Positions 54,172-64,000 of a stretch of DNA of 64,000 nucleotides are shown here, in pieces (the stretch's first letter is position 1; each line of letters begins with the position of its first letter). A program made the translations under genes and the position numbers. The notes beneath the pieces were generated by a model that saw only the letters and a program-made list of their open reading frames with translations, was not told where the DNA came from and ran no database searches. Origin of the DNA: an uncultured Actinomycetes bacterium (GTDB lineage Bacteria; Actinomycetota; Thermoleophilia; UBA2241); NCBI GenBank assembly GCA_963833555.1, contig CAWHYB010000007.1, forward strand, positions 468,274-532,273, read 5' to 3'.

Positions 54172-56130
54172 TTGCGCTGCCTTCCTTCTCCGAGCCGCCC
54201 GCCATGGCGTGCGACCGTCCCCGTCGGAGCACCCGCTCTTCCTCTTGAAGAGGTTCGGGCACCGGCACGCCCGAGAGCTTGACGACGGCGTCGAAGCGCG
54301 ACGGGCAGACCTCCAGACACGTCCCGCACTTGGTGCACTTATCCTGGTCGACGATATGGATCAGCCCCTTGCCCCCGATGATTGCCTCGGCCGGGCAGTT
54401 CCTGAGACAGATCATGCAGGCCTGGCACTTCTCGGGCGCGATGTAGTAGGAGATGAGCTCCTTACAGACGCCGGCCGGACAGCGCTTCTCGCGCATGTGC
54501 GCCTCGTACTCATCGCGAAAATGGGTGATGGTGCTGAGCACCGGGTTCGGAGCCGTCCCCCCAGCGCACAGAGCGACCAGTCCTTCACCACCTCGGAGAT
54601 CTCCTCCAGGAGCTCGATGTCGCCTTCCCGGCCGTCCCCGGCGCAGATCCTGTTGAGGATCTTGAGCATCTGGGAGATGCCTTCCCGGCAGGGGGTGCAC
54701 TTGCCGCACGATTCCTCGGAAAGGAAGTCCAGATAGTACCTGGCCGTGTCCACCATGCAGGTGTCCTCGTCCATCACGATCATGCCGCCGGATCCCATCA
54801 TCGATCCGGCTTCGGCGAGCTCGTCGAAATCCACGGGGAGATCGAGGAACTCCTCGGGGATCACGCCGCCGGAAGGACCACCCGTCTGGACGCGCTTTGA
54901 ACTTCTTTCCGTTGGGAATGCCGCCGCCGATGTCGTAGACGATCTCCCTGAAGGCTCCGTGCCCATGGGGACCTCCACCAGACCGGTGTTCTTAACCTTG
55001 CCGACGAGGGAGAAGATCTTCGTCCCCTTGCTGTGCTCCGTACCGATGCCGCTGAACCACTCAGCACCTCTGTCGACGATGAGCGGCACCGTGGCCCAGG
55101 TCTCGACGTTGTTCAGGTTGGTGGGCCGTCCCCAGATGCCGCTCACGGCCGTCCGCACGTACTTCGGCCGCGGCTCGCCCACTCTTCCTTCGATGGCACA
55201 CATCAGGGCGCTGGATTCGCCGCTCACGAACGCGCCGGCACCGCGGTGGACGCGGACGTCGAAGGCGAAGCCCGAGCCCAGCACGCTCGGGCCGAGCAGA
55301 CCGTACTCACGCGCCTGCTCCAGCGCGACGGACAAGTTCTCGACCGCGATCGGGTACTCCTGGCGGACGTAGACGAAGCCCTGGTGGGCGCCGATGGCGT
55401 AGGCGCCGATGGTCAACCCCTCCAGGACGCGATGGGGATTGCCCTCGAGCAGGCTCCTGTCCATGTAGGCGCCGGGGTCGCCTTCGTCGGCGTTCACGAC
55501 CACGTACTTGATATCGCCCGGCGCGTCCTTCGTCGTCTGCCACTTCACACCGGCGGGGAAGCCGCCGCCTCCCCTTCCTCGCAGCTGAGCCGCTTTCACT
55601 TCGTCCAGCACCTGCTGCGGGGACATCTGGAACAGCGCCTTGGCCAACGCGCTGTAGCCGCTGCGCACGATGTAACTGTCGATGTTCTTGGGGTCGATGA
55701 AGCGGTTCAGGCCGAAGACGAACGGGCTCTGATGCTTGTAGAAGGGGATCTCGTTCTCCTGCGGGACCCTCAGCCCGTCGGCGTCCTCGTAGAGCAGCCG
55801 GTCGATGACCTCGCCCTGCAGAAGAGTCTTGGCGACGATCTCGGCGACGTCGCTCGGCTTGACCTGAAGGTAGGTCACGTCTTGGGGCAGAATGCTGACG
55901 ATCGTGCCGCGCTCGCAGAAGCCGTGACACCCCGTCCTGCGTATCTCTACTCGGTCGTCAAGCCCCCTCCGCTTGAGTTCGTCGACAAAGGCCTCGTTGA
56001 CCTGGTCGCTGCGCAGGGCATGGCAGCCGGTACCGGAACATATGGTGACACAGGGCCTGTTCTCATCCTGAGCGGCGACAAGCTCGCCTCTGTACGAGTC
56101 GAGATCGGCAACTGAATTCAGTCTGGCCAC
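54164..56130 (-). CDS. HydB/HoxF/NuoF-like NADH-binding flavoprotein with extra Fe-S domains, frameshifted
   Basis: N-terminal CSGTGC..GCHGFC; LRGRGGGGFP, NADEGDPGAYMDR, GGPSG, ESCGKCTPCREG; C-terminal 2x[4Fe-4S]. Confidence 0.92.
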
Positions 56131-56154
56131 GCTACAATCCTTCCGGTCGCCCTG

Positions 56155-56613
56155 CTAGTCGGCAGCAGCAGCTAGCTGCACCAGCTCCTTCTTGGACGGC
56201 TTGCTGTAGTACTCGCCATCGGCCTGCATCACAGGCCCCAGAGCACAGCAGCCGAGGCAGTTCACCGTGTCCACGCTGAATCGCCTGTCGGCGGACGTGC
56301 CGCCCGGTCTCGCCCCGAACGCCTCCACGACCCTGTCCAGGAGGAGGGCGGCGCCACGCACGTGGCAGGCGGTGCCGAGGCACACCGAGATGGAGTGCCG
56401 TCCTCTGGGAACGAGGCTGAAGGCCTTGTAGAACGTGGCCGCGTGGTAGACCTGGGCCAGAGGGACGTCCAGCCGGTGGCTCACCCGCTTGAGATCTTCT
56501 TCGGGAAGCCAGCGCTTCTGACGCTGGATCTCGAGCAGGATCTGGATCAGGTTGGACTTGTCACCTTCGTACTGGTCCACCACAGCATCGGCATCGGCGA
56601 CTTCCTGGACCAT
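56155..56613 (-). CDS. HydC/HoxE/NuoE-like 2Fe-2S subunit
   Basis: ATFY, VCLGTACHVRG, CLGCCALGP; AAGGAGG RBS. Confidence 0.92.
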   Translation of the reverse strand: MVQEVADADAVVDQYEGDKSNLIQILLEIQRQKRWLPEEDLKRVSHRLDVPLAQVYHAATFYKAFSLVPRGRHSISVCLGTACHVRGAALLLDRVVEAFGARPGGTSADRRFSVDTVNCLGCCALGPVMQADGEYYSKPSKKELVQLAAAAD

Positions 56614-56883
56614 CTGCTTGTGGCCTCCTTGCATCGACATCCATGACTCCCGGTCTTTGGGGTGTCGCGAATCAGCCTGCGTCTGAACGGGGCACGCCCT
56701 CCGTGACGTGACTCGGGGGCGAAGCCTCGATCAGCCGGGGCGACACGGCGGCAGATGGCCCCTCACACCCGGCCGTAGTACCGGCCATGTCGACCAGACG
56801 TGCGGTGACTTCCAACGACTCAAGCGACGTCTCGCCGGTACTGGCGACAGTGGTGGCCTGGAAATCAGGGGCGCGCGCATGTT

Positions 56884-56896
56884 TGGTACTTTACCA
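56884..56896. promoter_or_regulatory. Candidate FadR/GntR-type operator
   Basis: TGGTA-CTT-TACCA in the region upstream of the NuoE-like gene. Confidence 0.35.
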
Positions 56897-56962
56897 CACT
56901 CCGGACGGTGGTTTCGATGCTGTCCTGCTGATAGGCGCATGTGGCCTTGAGCACGAGAGGAT

Positions 56963-58094
56963 CTAGACCCGCCACCGACGAGAGCCGTAGCGAGCCCGAA
57001 CCCGGTCGATGGCCTCGTCGCAGGCATGGTCACGCGCGGAGTCGTCGAGCGCGCTCTGGCGGGTCTCGGTGAGGCCGCTCACGGTGAGGCCGACCAAGCG
57101 GAGGAGGCGGCCGGGCTCATGCAGATCGGCAAGAAGGGCCAGGGCGGCCTCGTAGATGAGCTGCGTCGTGTTCGTCGGAGCGGGCAGCGTGCGCTGCCTG
57201 CTCACGGTGTGAAAGTGCGCGTCGCGAAGCTTGAGGGCCAGCGTGCGGCCGGCGTAGCCCGCGCGCCGCAGATCGCCCGCCACCCGGTCGGCGAGATCGA
57301 GGACGGTCGCCTGCAGGAACTCGGGCGCCGCGGTGTCCTTGGCGAAGGTCACCTCGTGGCCCATGGACTTGGGCGCCGGGCGTTCGGCGCGCACCGGGGC
57401 GTCGTCGCCGCCGAAGGCGAGCTCCTTGAGCGAGGCGGCGCCCCTGGCGAACGAGGTCTCGAGCAAGGGAAGCGGCGCGTCCTGCAGCTCGCCGATGCTC
57501 GTGATGCCGAGGGAACTCAGACGCTTGACCGTCACCGGCCCAATGCCGGAGACGGCGCCGACCGGCATGGCGCGCAGGCGGCCGTACACGTCGTCACGGG
57601 TGAGGGTCGTGAGGCCGCCGGGCTTGTCGAGCTCGGCGGCCAGCTTGGCGAGCAGCCTGGTGGGCCCGATGCCGATCGAGCAGGAGAGGCCGAGCTCGTC
57701 GCTCGTGAGCCGCTGGATCTGGCCGGCGATCTCCTGCGGTGAGCCGAAGAGCCGCCGGCTGCCGGTCACGTCGAGGAAGGCCTCGTCGATCGAGACCGGT
57801 TCGACCAGGTCGGTGAAACGCCCGTAGAGGGCAAGCAGCTGCTGCTGGACCGCCTTGTAGGCCGCCATGTCGACGGGCAGGAAGACGCCCTGCGGGCAGC
57901 GGCGCTGAGCCTGCGACATGGGCATCGCTGTGTGCACCCCGCAGGCGCGCGCCTCGTACGAGGCGGTGCTGACGACGCCGCGGCTCTCGGCCCTGCCGCC
58001 GACGATGACCGACTGTCCCCGCAACTCGGGACGGCGAGCCTGCTCCGCCGAGGCGAAAGGCGTCCATGTCGATCAGCAAGATGGCACGGGGCAT
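56963..58094 (-). CDS. dinB: DNA polymerase IV (Y family), 5' frameshift
   Basis: IDMDAF, STASYEAR, SIDEAFLD, LAKLA, KP.G, GIG, KSMGHE.TF. Confidence 0.93.
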
Positions 58095-58447
58095 GGCCCC
58101 ATCCTGCTGCGCGAAGGCAGTCCTGTCGAGCCCGGGTCGTGTGGCGAGAGGGCATGAGCATATCGTGGCCCTGCCGAAGCCGCTGGCCTCAGCGCCAGTG
58201 ATAGGCTGGCGCCCGGCCACATCTCGTGGAAGAGACATGGAACCGCCGTAGGTGACCCTACACTGGGCCAAAGAGACCAGGACCCCTGGCGATCATCGTC
58301 ACCATCGACCGGTCCCTGGCCGCAACTCGGTCACTGCGGCTCCCGATGGATTAACGAGGGCAGTACTGTCTGGGCAGCCGCTGCGTCCGCCGCAACCTGG
58401 GTGCGCGGGTCGCGACGGCGCACGATCTTTGTGAGAAAGGACCTGAG

Positions 58448-59367
58448 TTGAAGCGAGCGGATGGGTTCCGGTCGTCGTTTACGGCGCCGCTGCTCGTGGT
58501 CGCCGTCGCCTTCTCTGTTCCAGAGCGGCTCGGCGTTGGCCACGCGCCTGATCGCTTCGGTCGGCATCGTCGAGGCGCTGTGGCTCAGGACCGCGATCGC
58601 GGCCGCCGTCTTGGTCCTGGTGCGGCCGCGATCGCTGCGTCTGCCGGCACCAGGTCACCGCCTGCCCATCGTCCTGCTGACGCTCTCGCTGTTCGCCATG
58701 AACCTGAGCTTCTACGGCGCCATCTCCAACGCTCCCTTGGGTGTGGTCGTGGCAGTCGAGTTCCTCGGCCCGCTGGCCGTGGCCGTGTTGGGTTCGCGCC
58801 GGCGGCTCGACTTCGTGTGGGTCGTTCTCGCAGCCGCCGGCGTCGTGCTCTTGGCCGGACCGACGAGCTCGGTGAGCGCGCTTGGCCTGGGGCTGTCGCT
58901 GCTCGCGGCGTGCTGCTGGGGCACCTTCATCTCCCTTGCCAAGCGCGCCGTCACGCACGCGGAGCCGCTCAGCATCACGACGCTGATGCTCTTGGGATCG
59001 AGCGTGTTGCTCACCCCGCTGCTGCTCATCACCGGGCCACGGTCGCTCGATCAGTCGTCGGTGCTCGCCCTCGGCGTGGCGGTGGCCCTGCTGTTCGGCG
59101 CTGCCGTACCTCGTCGAGCTGTTCATCATACGGAGGCTGCGCGCCTCGACCTACGGGGTGCTGTTGAGCCTCGAGCCGGCGGTCGCAGCCGTCACTGGTT
59201 TCCTCATCGCCTCACAGAGCCTCAGCCCGTTCGAGATCATCGCGATCGTCGCCGTGATGATCGCCGCTGCCGGCGCGAGCTGGACCAGCGGCGAAGCCCG
59301 GGCCGAGATGCCCCCTGAGGTGCTTGCGGACGTGCTCGTTGAAGAACACCCGGCCAGCGAAACATAA
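58448..59367 (+). CDS. EamA/RhtA-like DMT transporter, frameshifted
   Basis: QSGSALA, MNLSFY, PLGVVVAVEFLGPL, LLSLEPAVAA. Confidence 0.88.
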
Positions 59368-59395
59368 GGGCGTCGGGTAGTTTCATCACGAAGTC

Positions 59396-59652
59396 TGGAG
59401 TTGCCCCGCTTCGATGGACAGTTCTCGGCTAGCAATGCTAGCCCCTCATGAACTGGCCGCTGCGGCGGCCAACTCGTAGTCTATCGGGCTCATTTGACCG
59501 AGCGTCGAGTGGCGGCGCAGCGGGTTGTAGAAGCGTTCGATGTAGTCGAAGATCGCGAGCCGCGCGGCGTTTCTTGTCTTGAAGCGCTGGCGGTGGATGA
59601 GCTCGGTCTTGATCGTCGCCATGAAGCTCTCAGCGGCGGCGTTGTCGTAGGC
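59396..59652 (-). mobile_element. IS3-family transposase 3' remnant with probable IR
   Basis: AYDNAAAESFMATIKTELI...IFDYIERFYNPLRRHSTLGQMSP; IR-like TGGAGTTGCCCCGCTTCGATGGACAGT. Confidence 0.88.
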
Positions 59653-59693
59653 GACGACGAGTCATAACCCTTGCGGCCGAAGATGAGCTTCAT
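59653..59693 (-). pseudogene. First 13 codons of an Nmad3-like gene cut off by the IS remnant
   Basis: MKLIFGRKGYDSS resembles the recalled MKIILSRKGFDSS start. Confidence 0.5.
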
Positions 59694-59732
59694 GGCCGAC
59701 GCCGACCTGCCACCGAATCGATCATGCTCCGT

Positions 59733-61959
59733 TCAGCGTGCGCCAGCGAGGGTGTTCGAGAGCTTGCTCCGTACGGTCTCTGCCGCCCAGGTGGCGTCCT
59801 CTGGGTACTCGCTGCCCAACGCTCCTGCGGCCTTCGTTACCGCTGCGGCTTCGACGGGGCCGAGTGAATATCGCGCCTGTACCTGCTCTGCCAGCTCGGC
59901 ATCGCTTGGCAGCCCGACTCGAGCGAAGAGCTCGCAGAACAGCTGGAGCACCTGCACCATGTCGCCGGGCCCGGCGGACGGGTCTCCCGCAAGGACGGCG
60001 GCCGTCCCGAAGTCCAGGGCCTTGAGCCACTCCTCCTTCCAGGTGTAGTAGGAGGACAGCCTGGCCAGCACGTAGCCCTTGCGGCGGCACCTGAGCAGGC
60101 CGTCTGCCAGGATGGAGACATCGGCGTTGGCGTGGTCTTCGCTGCGGGTCGGGTAGGCCGCTCGCACGTAGGCGATGTCGAAGTCGGGGAAGCGGCGCAC
60201 ATCGTCCATGAACGCCTCCCGGTCATAGGCTTCCCCCGGCGTGCGGCCGAGGATGGAGAAGTCCCTCGGTTCTGCGAGATCCTCACAGCCGGAGGCCCGC
60301 AGCGCGGCGATCGCCTGCCTGCGCACGGCGTGGTCGTCATCGAGCAAGGAGGCGTACGCGGCATCGACGGTCATCACAGCGGCCGGGGCTGGCTCGGTGA
60401 GCGGCTCACTCACCGGAGATGCCGCGGACGGCTCAGGGAGCATCGCCAGAGCCTGCGAGAAGTAGCCCTTGACGACGGGGTCGCTCTCCGCCTGCAGCAG
60501 TCGAGCGATCGGCTCGGCCGCCCGCGGCTCCTTCAGTTCTCCCAGGGAGAGCGCCGCCAGGCCGCGGACGTTGCGCTCTTGATCGGAGAGCGCACCCAGG
60601 AGGCCCTCCCTGACGTTGGGAGTGGTGTCGAAGTGGGCCAGTGCCGCTGCGGCATCGCAGCGGATGGCAGGATCGGCGTTGGTCAGACAGCGAAGGAGCG
60701 GGTCGACGGCGCGGGCGTCCCGCAGTTCGCCGAGGGTCGCGATGGCGTTGCTGGAGACGCGCGCCTCGCCGTCGGACAGCACGCCGATCAGCGGCTCGAC
60801 GGCTCGCTCGTCGGGGACGTCGCGAAGCAGACGAGCCGCCCAGGAGCGCAGCTCGGGGTTGGCGTCATGGAGCGTATCGATGAGGGGTCGCACGGCAGGC
60901 CGGCCGATCTTCTTGATCGTGTCCGCCGCCAGGAGGGCGGCCTTGGGATCCCCGCCCAGAGCGGGGATCAGCTGCCGGACTCTCTCGACCTCGGGGTCTG
61001 CCGTCTTCGTCTCGGCGTAGAGAGGGTCCGTGGACTGCTCGCCGGCATCGGCCACGTGCACAGTCCAGGCCGCGCCGTCCCAGTAGCGATACTCGTGGCG
61101 CCCCATGGGGTCCGCATACCAGGCCGGCGGCGCCGTGGCGGCAGAGACAGGGGCCGCGGCGGCTGCGTCTGCGGACTCCACTGCCGCCGCAGTCGGCAGC
61201 GGGTAAGTGCGCGCGAGGCGCTCGGCCGTCGCCGGGGAAGGACTCTCGCCGGAGAACTTGCTCCAGGCGGCGGCATCCGGACTGGGATTGGCGAGCACTG
61301 AAGCGGCGTAGTAGGGCATGGCGTCAGCGATGCTACGTGCGTGCTCGACCCTTACGCCGTAGAACCAGAAGAACGCGCATCGCAGCCCCGCAGGCCAACC
61401 ATCGATCCCCTGGACGTAGTCACCGATGAACTCGAGGGCGTACTCGCCGGTCGAGTCCTTGAGCATCTTCACGGTCTGTTCCGGCGCGAGGGGGATCCGT
61501 GCCCCCATCGTGCGCGCGAGACGACAGAGCTCTCCCAGGTTCGCGCCCCTGTGTGCCACGCACGGTCCGTTCGCCGCCGCCACGATCCCGGGGAGAAGAT
61601 CCGCATAGGGGGGCTTGCAGATCCCGAGCGCCTTAATGACGGGCTCGTAGAAGCCGGAGTACGGCAGATCGGTGTTTAGGAGGTTTACCAGCTCTGCGCG
61701 GGATCCGGGCGTGTCGATCGCCCCTAGGATCATCAGGCAGTCCTCGACCGCCCAATAGGAGGCGGTCTTCTCGTGGGAGAGGTCCTCCGCCTCGATATAC
61801 GCGCGCATGCCTTGCCAGATCGCCGTAGATCAGAGGTTGGACGGCATCATCGCCGGCGTGGATGAGTGCCTCGTGCTCCGGACGCGCGGGATCGAACGGT
61901 CCCTTCTCCGCGCGAGACCTGGCGAAGACCGCTGAGATGTTGGCCTCGGTGTCGCCCAT
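59733..61959 (-). CDS. HEAT-repeat protein with central DUF2510 domain (5' frameshift)
   Basis: PPAWYADPMGRHEYRYWDGAAWT; repeated AVEPLI..L.D....R..AA..LG; AGGAGG RBS. Confidence 0.85.
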
Positions 61960-62210
61960 CACTCCTCCTACGACAGCACGTCAATCAGCCCGCTCCTGAC
62001 GCGGGAGTGCTGGAATGCTAGCGCATATCTACCAAAGGAGGGCGCTGACAGGTGATGAGTCGCACAGGTCTAGCTAACCTGAGTGGCAACGCGACATGGG
62101 CTTTTTGCAGTCATTTCACGGAAGACGCCGACACGTCGCCGATTAGCCGGCGAAGGGCAGTCCGAGACGACTGGCCCCGCTCCCAGGAGACGGTCCCCGG
62201 CGGTTGGTTC

Positions 62211-63947
62211 TCAGGGGACGGGATTCGGACGACGCCCAGACGAGGCCGATGCTTCTGCGTCCGAAGCCAGCATTGCGACTGTTCGGCTTGCGATGTACGC
62301 CCTGAAGGCAAGCTCAAACGGGAGGACGGAGATCGGTACTACCCGCCTTCCCAGCCGTTCGGCGCGGGCTGGAGCAAGACGGGCCGCGCCGCGGAGGACG
62401 CGTTTCCATGCCAGCCCCGTGTCAGAGGAGCGAGCCGCCATCCCGGCAAGCAAGAGCTCGAGTGCGTCCTGCGAGAACACACGAGCCGCCGTCTCAGACG
62501 ATAGCTCACGAACGACCTCCTGGGCGACGGGTCCTTCACGTACGCAGCGCTCGACCGAGGCGAGCGCCGAGGCGCTGGCGAAAGACAGACTCGGTCCCTC
62601 CTGCACCACAAGGTCTCGCATCACCGGAATCGCCCGTCCCGTGAGCATGATCCGCCTCGTCACCTGCGCGAGAGAGCGCGAGAGCAGCGGCTCGGCAACC
62701 TCGACATAGGCACACTTCAAGTGGTTGAGCGCGGCGAGCACTCCGGGCAGGCGGATCTCGAAGTACAAGCGATCGGCGTGCTGTTGCGCCGTCTCGTCCG
62801 GCTGCTGTCGGAGCCTTTCAGGCCAGAGTTGGGCGGGAAGGTCTAGTCGCCGAATGACGGAGTGCCCCGCGTAGTCATCGAGGCTGGGCGCTATGGCCCG
62901 GCGACCCTGGTTCGGCGCTTGGACCTCATACCAACCCATGGCCACTTCACCGCGAATGACGCCGACCACTCCGGACGCATACAGCGCACGCCACATGTCG
63001 AGGCCGTCGAGGTACGCGTTCACGTTGTCGGTCAGACCTTCAGAGGCGGCGATGTACCTACCGAGCGCATCGATCTGAGACTCGCTAGTCCTGTCCACCA
63101 CGAAGTACTCATGCTCGACGCCCATCGCTTCGGCGACGCGAGGCGCGATGTGAGCGTCGCTGTCCTGAGCCAGGCGGGATGGCTCCATGCCCCAGGTGAT
63201 GCACTTCGGCCCATGGCCCGCGCGTCGCAGGTAGATCAGCAGGCAGCGACTGTCTTTGCCCCCGGAGAGGGGCAGACGCCAGTCGGCCACGCTCAAGTCG
63301 AGCGCCTCACATGTCTGCGCGATGGTCATGCCCATCGCAGCGACCCGATCGGTCTCACTGATGGGCACCGTTGGCACGTCGTCCAGGGATGTGGCATGAG
63401 AAGCGGTGAGCACCCAGCTGTGTCGATCGAGGGCCAGGCGCGTGCCCCGGGGCACGCGCCGCAGACGGTCATCCCACGACTCCTCGGGACCGAGATGGCC
63501 CGCGGACAGCATCCACGACACGGCCCGCTCGTTGAGTCTGAAGTCTCCGAGTATGCAAACGATGGCGCGCTGTGAGGTGGAGGCCAGGAAGACGTCGGTG
63601 GTCTGCACGTACCAGATCGGTCGCGAACCGAAGTCGTCGGTCAGCAGTTCGATGCAGTCGTCGTTGGAGCGACAGAGCGCGTAGGACCCGTCTGGAGAGT
63701 CCAAGCCCGCCTTCCACCAGTCCGCCCTTGAGTCCAGCAACATACCGAGGCAGACACAGCCCTCAGTCACACGCACACTGGAGACGGGGTTCAGGACGGC
63801 CAGCGTCAGTCCGGGGGACTCCTGGACGATGGGACGATTGGGCACGATGTTCGAAGGGGCCAGCGAGTTGGCGAGCTCGAGCAGGCTCTCTGCGGCATAT
63901 CGGCGGACCGAACGGTCCCGCCAGGAGGCGACCACGAATCCCGACAT
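62211..63947 (-). CDS. Asparagine synthase-related protein
   Basis: DGSYAL, TDDFGSRPIWY, PP-loop LPLSGGKDSR, RGE, EPLL. Confidence 0.82.
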   Translation of the reverse strand: MSGFVVASWRDRSVRRYAAESLLELANSLAPSNIVPNRPIVQESPGLTLAVLNPVSSVRVTEGCVCLGMLLDSRADWWKAGLDSPDGSYALCRSNDDCIELLTDDFGSRPIWYVQTTDVFLASTSQRAIVCILGDFRLNERAVSWMLSAGHLGPEESWDDRLRRVPRGTRLALDRHSWVLTASHATSLDDVPTVPISETDRVAAMGMTIAQTCEALDLSVADWRLPLSGGKDSRCLLIYLRRAGHGPKCITWGMEPSRLAQDSDAHIAPRVAEAMGVEHEYFVVDRTSESQIDALGRYIAASEGLTDNVNAYLDGLDMWRALYASGVVGVIRGEVAMGWYEVQAPNQGRRAIAPSLDDYAGHSVIRRLDLPAQLWPERLRQQPDETAQQHADRLYFEIRLPGVLAALNHLKCAYVEVAEPLLSRSLAQVTRRIMLTGRAIPVMRDLVVQEGPSLSFASASALASVERCVREGPVAQEVVRELSSETAARVFSQDALELLLAGMAARSSDTGLAWKRVLRGAARLAPARAERLGRRVVPISVLPFELAFRAYIASRTVAMLASDAEASASSGRRPNPVP

Positions 63948-64000
63948 CGTGCAGGCGAGTTTAGCATCGGACTGTCGGGCTGTGTCTCGCATCGCTCGTT

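Noticed and set aside
58094-58260. LexA box upstream of dinB
   Set aside because: No GAAC-N4-GTTC-type motif was found by eye.

Overview
High-GC (visually ~70%) actinobacterial-type DNA; Thermoleophilia-like is an inference from gene style and the mIHF-type ORF. Many genes are broken by single-base indels that most likely are long-read errors. The window is an accessory-gene patchwork. It holds transport and regulatory genes (five MFS, ABC, MarR, TetR, GntR), a MoxR-DUF58-DUF4129 operon, an L,D-transpeptidase, an M14 peptidase with two inserted beta-domains, anaerobe-type MetV/MetF, a HydC/HydB/HoxU-like (NuoEFG-like) triad with no catalytic subunit, katG, dinB, a 14-repeat FG-GAP surface protein, two IS remnants and many gene scraps. 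The most unusual structure is at 33.2-36.5 kb: five decayed copies of the extreme 3' end of one tyrosine-recombinase gene (...MQEEAAALIAGLVFA) alternate with single small cargo genes, and the array ends at a 3'-half tRNA-Arg(CCT) att remnant with arm-like repeats. A sixth copy lies 20 kb away at a gene-truncation point. No intact integrase, CRISPR array or rRNA is present.
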